From assembly GCA_965223905.1 (NCBI GenBank), contig CBDCXV010000011.1, positions 384,001 through 448,000 on the forward strand: a stretch of 64,000 bases of DNA, in the 5' to 3' direction. The DNA is from Candidatus Latescibacterota bacterium (GTDB taxonomy: Bacteria; Latescibacterota; UBA2968; UBA8231). A program made the position numbers and the translations under genes. The notes beneath the pieces were generated by a model that was not told where the DNA came from, searched no databases, and saw only the letters and a program-made list of their open reading frames with translations. Positions 58,854 through 64,000 of the stretch are shown here, in pieces (position 1 is the first letter of the stretch; the number at the start of each line of letters is the position of its first letter).

Positions 58854-59591
58854 CTATTGACCTGTCACTCGGATATGGCGAGCGGCGCGTTCCAGCACCA
58901 GCGCCGACAGAACCACGCAGGCGGTATCCGCCCGCAGCGTTCGCTCTCCCCAGGAGAACGGCTGCACACCCGAGGCGACCGCTGCCGCCTCCTCTGTTCC
59001 CGAGAAGCCCCCTTCCGGGCCTGTCATCAGACCGACGGAGGCATCATCCGCATTCAGGAACTCCCATTCCGGGTGCGCCTTCCCTCGGGGGACCGAAGCC
59101 ATCACCACGGTGCCGCAATCGCGCAGCAAGGCAGCCAGAGCATCCTCGAAGTCACGTGGCTCCCTTACCTGAGGTACCTGGGAGCGACCGCATTGTTTTG
59201 CCGCCTCCCGCGCCAAGCGCTGCCAGCGCTGAGAACGGCTTCCGGTCGCAACCCCCCTTTCCGCCATCATCGGCCGGATCGAGGCCACTCCGACCTCCGT
59301 CGCCTTTTCGACGACATGATCAAAGCGATGACTGCCCTTCATCACCGCCGCGGCGAGATGGAGCCGCACCGGACTTTCGCCGCGCTCAGGCTCTCTGTCC
59401 ATAATAAGGCCGTGCACCGAGGTGCGCTCGATTCTATCGATGCGCACACGGTAGAATCCCCCCTGCCCGTCGACAACCTCGACGAAGTCTCCGACGGAAT
59501 ACCTGCGGACAGTGACGTGGTGGGCTTCATCCCCCCGCAGCGTCAGCCGATCGGCGACGATATCATCGGGGTGTACGAGAAAGGAAGGCAT
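58854..59591 (-). CDS. rsmE: 16S rRNA m3U1498 methyltransferase RsmE
   Basis: EAHH, VEKATEVGV, AAKQCGR, GPEGGF, LRADTA. Confidence 0.93.
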   Translation of the reverse strand: MPSFLVHPDDIVADRLTLRGDEAHHVTVRRYSVGDFVEVVDGQGGFYRVRIDRIERTSVHGLIMDREPERGESPVRLHLAAAVMKGSHRFDHVVEKATEVGVASIRPMMAERGVATGSRSQRWQRLAREAAKQCGRSQVPQVREPRDFEDALAALLRDCGTVVMASVPRGKAHPEWEFLNADDASVGLMTGPEGGFSGTEEAAAVASGVQPFSWGERTLRADTACVVLSALVLERAARHIRVTGQ

Positions 59592-59613
59592 TTTCTCCCT
59601 CTTGTGCGGGGGC

Positions 59614-60507
59614 TCACAACGGGCGGGCGGAAATACCGAGCCAGCAGTTCCTCTCCCAGCGGCGAACGACGGCGAGGCCTGCCTCGCACAACCGGGATTC
59701 GAATCGATCCCGCTCGGCGGCCAGAAGACCGGAAAACAGGATTCTCCCGTCGGCGGCGATCAATTTCCGCAAGACAGGCAGGATCGGAAGCTGGAATCGG
59801 CTCTCGAGATTGGCGGCGATCACGTCGAAAGGGCCCTCTCCGGCGGCCTCGACGCTGCCGAGGAGGACGCACACGCGGCCGCGGGCGCCATCCGCATTCG
59901 ATCCGAGGTTGGCCTCCACGTTTTTCCGCGCACAGTTGACGGCGTCGGAATCGACATCGACGGCGACCACCTCCCTCGCATCGAGTTTGACCGCGGCAAT
60001 CGCCAGAATGCCGGTGCCGGTGCCGACGTCGAGGCAGCGCCGCCCGCGCAGTTCCGTGCCCGCGAGCCCTTCGAGGCACAGCTGTGTCGACTCGTGGGTG
60101 CCAGTCCCGAAGGCCATCGCAGGCTCGATTGCGATGGCGATGTCTCCGGGGGAGGTCTCGACCTCGATCCAGGGAGGGTGGACGACCATGTCGGGGGTTG
60201 GCCGCACTTCCTTGTAGAAACGCCGCCATTCCGCGTTCCAGTCGCGGTCGGCGATGGAGTCTGAGTCGATGCCCAGTGGCGAGATTGCGCCCCCTTTGAG
60301 CGCCTCTTCAAGAGTAGAACGGAGAGGCCGCTGTGCCGAGGGAGGCTCATTCTCGAAGTAGGCGACGATTGTGGACGTGTCACTGGCCTCGTCGATCACC
60401 TCGACGCCGGTGCTGCCGCAGTCGAAGCAGAGTCCGACCGCGGCATCTACATCCTTGCCGCGTAAGGTGAGGGCGACGCGCTGCCAACTCGCCGCTGTCG
60501 GGCTCAC
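59614..60507 (-). CDS. prmA: Ribosomal protein L11 methyltransferase PrmA
   Basis: DWNAEW, PAMAFGTGTHESTQLC, LDVGTGTGILAI; GTGA overlap with mrp. Confidence 0.92.
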   Translation of the reverse strand: MSPTAASWQRVALTLRGKDVDAAVGLCFDCGSTGVEVIDEASDTSTIVAYFENEPPSAQRPLRSTLEEALKGGAISPLGIDSDSIADRDWNAEWRRFYKEVRPTPDMVVHPPWIEVETSPGDIAIAIEPAMAFGTGTHESTQLCLEGLAGTELRGRRCLDVGTGTGILAIAAVKLDAREVVAVDVDSDAVNCARKNVEANLGSNADGARGRVCVLLGSVEAAGEGPFDVIAANLESRFQLPILPVLRKLIAADGRILFSGLLAAERDRFESRLCEAGLAVVRRWERNCWLGISARPL

Positions 60508-61322
60508 GGGGCAGGCAAGTCCTCCAGCGACGCCAACACCCGGGCTGCGAGGGAGTCGAAAATCCGTTTCTCCTCGCCGCCGCTGCCTGCCGCTACCGGA
60601 TGGCCGCGATCCCCACCCGACCGGATTCTCTGCGATATCGGGATCTCCCCGAGGAAGGTAATGTCGAGGCGCTCTGCGAGAGCCCGGCCCCCGCCTTCCC
60701 CGAAAAGACGATGGCGTTTGCCACACGACGGACAGTCGTAGTAGCTCATGTTCTCTATGAGCCCCAACACCTCGACCTCGACCTTGTCGAACATGGCGAT
60801 GCCGCGCTCGACGTCGTCGAGGGCGACGTCCTGCGGGGTCGTGACGATTGCGGCCCCCGACAGGGCCACCGCCTGGCTGAGAGTCAGGGGGATATCTCCC
60901 GTACCGGGAGGGAGGTCGATGAAGAGACAGTCGAGCTCCCCCCATTCGACTTGGCCGAGAAACTGCTGCACAGCCTGCGCCAACAGTGGACCGCGCCAGA
61001 CCACGGGGGTGTTCTCGTCGGCGATGAATCCCATCGACATGACGGCGACGCCGCGGCGGAGGATCGGAAGCAGGCGATCGCCGTCCGTCAACTCCGGCTG
61101 CTCCTTGATCCCGAGCATCAGTGGGGCGCTGGGCCCGTAGATATCGGCGTCCAGGAGGCCGACCCGCGCCCCAGTGCCGGCGGCGCTCAGCGCTAGGTTG
61201 ACGCTGACGGTGGACTTGCCCACCCCTCCCTTGGCGCTGGCTACCGCAACGATGTTGCGCACTCCCGGAACGGTTGCGTTCGCGGGTACCGTGCGCGGCA
61301 CCGAGGCCGTCCGTTCACCCAC
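60504..61322 (-). CDS. mrp: Mrp/NBP35 (ApbC) Fe-S carrier ATPase
   Basis: [43 protein letters not shown]. Confidence 0.92.
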   Translation of the reverse strand: MGERTASVPRTVPANATVPGVRNIVAVASAKGGVGKSTVSVNLALSAAGTGARVGLLDADIYGPSAPLMLGIKEQPELTDGDRLLPILRRGVAVMSMGFIADENTPVVWRGPLLAQAVQQFLGQVEWGELDCLFIDLPPGTGDIPLTLSQAVALSGAAIVTTPQDVALDDVERGIAMFDKVEVEVLGLIENMSYYDCPSCGKRHRLFGEGGGRALAERLDITFLGEIPISQRIRSGGDRGHPVAAGSGGEEKRIFDSLAARVLASLEDLPAP

Positions 61323-62457
61323 GGAAGGCGTCCCGCATGCGGTCGAAAAAACCTCTGCCTTCCCTGGCCGCACGATCCTTGTCGAGGCGATCGAGCTCCT
61401 CGAAAAGACGGCGCTCCTTCGCGCTCAGGTGGGTGGGGGTCCAGACCGCGATCTCGACCAGCTGGTCGCCGACGCCGCGACCGTCGACATCGGGAATCCC
61501 CTTGCCGCGCAGTCTCAGCACGTGACCCGACTGGGTCCCTTCCGGGATGGGCATCCTGACCTTGCCGACCAGAGTCGGCACCTGGGCGTTGTCCCCGAGG
61601 GCGGCCTGGCTGATGGTGATCGGCAGGCGGTAGAGCACATCGTTTCCCTCCCGCACGAAGTCCGGGTGCGGCTGCTCCTCGATGAAGACCTGACAATCGC
61701 CTGCCGGGCCGCCGCGACGGCCCGCGTCTCCCTCCCCCCGCAACGGGATGTAGTTGCCGCGACTGACACCGGCCGGAATCCTGACCGTAAGGGTGGCCCT
61801 GTCCCTTACGGTTCCCTCGCCGCGGCACTCGCGGCAGGGATCGGCAATGACCTTCCCCTCACCCTGGCAGGTGGGGCACGCTGTCACCGTCACAGACTGT
61901 CCGAAGAAGGAGCGCGAGACCTGCTGCACCTTGCCTACCCCGCCGCAGGTTTCACAACGGCGAGGCGAGGATCCGGAGGCGGCGCCCGAACCACCGCATT
62001 CGCCGCACCGCCCCTGGCGGTTGAGGTGAATTTTCTTCTCGACCCCGATAGCGATCTCTTCGAGAGTGAGCTCGACGGCGACCTTGAGATCCCGCCCTTT
62101 CGGCGGCCCGGACGGACCTCGCTGCCGGCGGCTGCTGCCGAAGATGTCGCCGAAGAGATCCCCGAACAGGTCCTCGAAATCAGAAGCATGCGTGAAGTCC
62201 GACCACTGGAAACCGCCTGAGCCGAAGTTGCTTTCGATCCCGGCATGGCCGTAGCGGTCGTAGGCCGATTTCTTCTCCGGGTCGCTCAGGACCTCGTAGG
62301 CTTCGGAGGCCTCCTTGAATTTCGCCTCCGCTTCGCTGTCCCCCTGATTGCGGTCGGGGTGGTATTTGAGGGCCTGCTTGCGGTAGGCGCTCTTGATGTC
62401 GGCGTCCGAAGCCTCTGGCTGAATTCCGAGAACTTCGTAGTAATCGCGTTTCGCCAT
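61315..62457 (-). CDS. dnaJ: Chaperone DnaJ
   Basis: J domain with HPD, G/F region, four CxxCxGxG repeats. Confidence 0.97.
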   Translation of the reverse strand: MAKRDYYEVLGIQPEASDADIKSAYRKQALKYHPDRNQGDSEAEAKFKEASEAYEVLSDPEKKSAYDRYGHAGIESNFGSGGFQWSDFTHASDFEDLFGDLFGDIFGSSRRQRGPSGPPKGRDLKVAVELTLEEIAIGVEKKIHLNRQGRCGECGGSGAASGSSPRRCETCGGVGKVQQVSRSFFGQSVTVTACPTCQGEGKVIADPCRECRGEGTVRDRATLTVRIPAGVSRGNYIPLRGEGDAGRRGGPAGDCQVFIEEQPHPDFVREGNDVLYRLPITISQAALGDNAQVPTLVGKVRMPIPEGTQSGHVLRLRGKGIPDVDGRGVGDQLVEIAVWTPTHLSAKERRLFEELDRLDKDRAAREGRGFFDRMRDAFRG

Positions 62458-62481
62458 CAGACCCGCCCTCCATGGCGGCCC

Positions 62482-63234
62482 TTATTTCTCGCCGCTCTCT
62501 TCACTTTCCCCCTTTTTCGCGGGAGCCTTGCCGACGACTACGCGCGCCGGCCGCAAGACCTTCTCCCTCAGCCGGTACCCCTTTTCCATCTCCTCCAGGA
62601 CCGTGCCGGGCTCGCAGTCGGCGCTCTCCACCTCCAGCATGGCCTCGTGGAGGTTGGGGTCGAAGGGTTTCCCCGCGGCCTCGATCTCCTCGAGACCGTA
62701 GCCGTTCAGGATCGTCTGAAACTGGGACAGGATGAGCTCTACACCCTGTTTCAGGGACTGGGCTTCGGCGGCTTCCTGAGCGAGGGCCCGCCTCATGTTG
62801 TCCATCAGGGGAGCGATCTGGAGGAGAAGGTCGCGCAGGGTTTCCTCGCGCGACTCCGCCCGCATGCGAACCGCCCGCTTGCGGAAATTGTCCAGCTCTG
62901 CCGCGGCCCTCAGGTAGCGGTCGTAGTTGTCGGCGGCTTCGGCGCGGGCTTTTTCCAGCTCAACGAGGGACTCGTCATCCGGCGTGGTCTCCTCTTCTTC
63001 TGCCGGGGCATCCTCTTCGCTGCCGCGGTCCTGCCGTTCGGTCAGGTCTTCGGGACCGGCGCGGTCTCCGGGACCTGCTCCATCCCCGAGATCGGTCGAC
63101 GCGGTCTCAGACAAATCGGGGGTGTCACCGGTCGACGGCGACTCCCGGGCGGCCGAACCACCCTCCGCCCGGGTCTCCTGCTCGCTGCCGTCGCTGTCGG
63201 ATGGCGAGGTCTCCTCGCTGGTGAATCTGTTCAT
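62482..63234 (-). CDS. grpE: Nucleotide exchange factor GrpE
   Basis: AELDNFRKR, FDPNLHEAM, GYRLREKVLRPARVVV. Confidence 0.95.
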   Translation of the reverse strand: MNRFTSEETSPSDSDGSEQETRAEGGSAARESPSTGDTPDLSETASTDLGDGAGPGDRAGPEDLTERQDRGSEEDAPAEEEETTPDDESLVELEKARAEAADNYDRYLRAAAELDNFRKRAVRMRAESREETLRDLLLQIAPLMDNMRRALAQEAAEAQSLKQGVELILSQFQTILNGYGLEEIEAAGKPFDPNLHEAMLEVESADCEPGTVLEEMEKGYRLREKVLRPARVVVGKAPAKKGESEESGEK

Positions 63235-63331
63235 GGCGCCTGTCTGTTACTATGCCTGTGATAGGAAAGTGCTGTCGTCGGCCCGGTCGCACCGGCCGGT
63301 TTGTTTGTAAAAGGAAGGCACTGCCCGAACG

Positions 63332-64000
63332 TCAACCGACGAAGTCAGCGGTGCGGGAAGCGGTGTAGTTCAGCAGGGCTACGAGGCGCTTGTAGGGCAT
63401 TCGCGTCGGCCCGATTATTCCCAGCACGCCAACGGCGTCCTGCGTGGTGTAGCTGGCCGTTACGACGCTGCACTGGCGCATCTCCATGGGCTCGTTCTCC
63501 TCGCCTATCGTCACCACCACGCCCTCGCGGCCAGCAAGCAGGTCGGCGAGCACTTCCTTGCGCTCCAGCAGGTCCACCAGCCCGGCGACTTCGGACGAAT
63601 CGCTGAACTCCGGCTGTTCGAAAATGTGGCGCGCCCCGGCTACGAACAGGCCGTGGCCGGGCGGCGCCAGCAGCGATTCGATTTCGTCCAGCACGACCCG
63701 CAGGAGTTGCGGGTGTGAGGTCCTCATGCCGCCCAGCCGCTCTCTGGCAGTCGACCTGATCTCGCTCATCGTGAGACCGGCGAGACGCTCGTTGAGCAGT
63801 TGCCTGACGGCATTCATATCGGACTCCGAGACCTCGGAGTCGACCTCGATAACCAGGCTCTGCACCGGTCCGCGGCCCAAGACGGCCACCAGCAGCAGCT
63901 GCTGCGAGGTCAGCCGCACCAGCTCCAGACCCTGGAAAACCGCCTGTTCGAACCGGGGTGCCAGCGCCAGTCCGAGTTGGTTGGAAACGTCCCCCAGGAT
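63332..64000 (-). CDS. hrcA: Heat-inducible repressor HrcA (5' end outside the window)
   Basis: QPEF, VTIGEEN, CSVVTASY, LGIIGPTRMPY; lies directly upstream of grpE. Confidence 0.93.
   Translation of the reverse strand: MLGDVSNQLGLALAPRFEQAVFQGLELVRLTSQQLLLVAVLGRGPVQSLVIEVDSEVSESDMNAVRQLLNERLAGLTMSEIRSTARERLGGMRTSHPQLLRVVLDEIESLLAPPGHGLFVAGARHIFEQPEFSDSSEVAGLVDLLERKEVLADLLAGREGVVVTIGEENEPMEMRQCSVVTASYTTQDAVGVLGIIGPTRMPYKRLVALLNYTASRTADFVG

Noticed and set aside
5538-59591. Apparent concentration of RNA-modification genes (mtaB, miaB, trmB, rsmH, queA, rsmE)
   Set aside because: They are scattered in their usual housekeeping contexts with no evidence of a single system.
61315-64000. dnaK absent from hrcA-grpE-dnaJ
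   Set aside because: A separate dnaK locus is common in many phyla.

Overview
A high-GC, mostly housekeeping chromosomal segment. A secreted protein with a PNPFN...NLLGQ...ASGVY C-terminal sorting domain and the gene order suggest an FCB-group organism such as Latescibacterota; this is inference only. The left edge is the right end of an integrative element: a P4-like tyrosine integrase next to a 3' fragment of tRNA-Thr(CGT). Core content: mltG, pcrA, mtaB, miaB, kptA, purE, a dcw cluster, trmB, a merR-iscA-iscS-moeZ sulfur/Fe-S locus, cysK, ssb, a thiolase, tRNA-Ala, rplM-rpsI-rpsB-tsf-frr, ispDF, queA, an ECF ATPase, pyrC, rnhB, aroQ, and hrcA-grpE-dnaJ-mrp-prmA-rsmE. Most notable: (1) a translationally coupled three-gene module of inactive helicase-like protein, SF1 helicase and stand-alone Fe-S PD-(D/E)XK nuclease, resembling a split AddAB and carrying 3 frameshifts; (2) a dcw cluster lacking mraY, murD, murG, murB and ddl, plus pyrH missing from rpsB-tsf-frr; (3) a Cys-cluster MerR regulator in the position IscR normally takes; (4) an RNase HII-YraN fusion; (5) several structured intergenic regions with no convincing ORF. 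All calls come from motif recognition by eye; no database searches were run.
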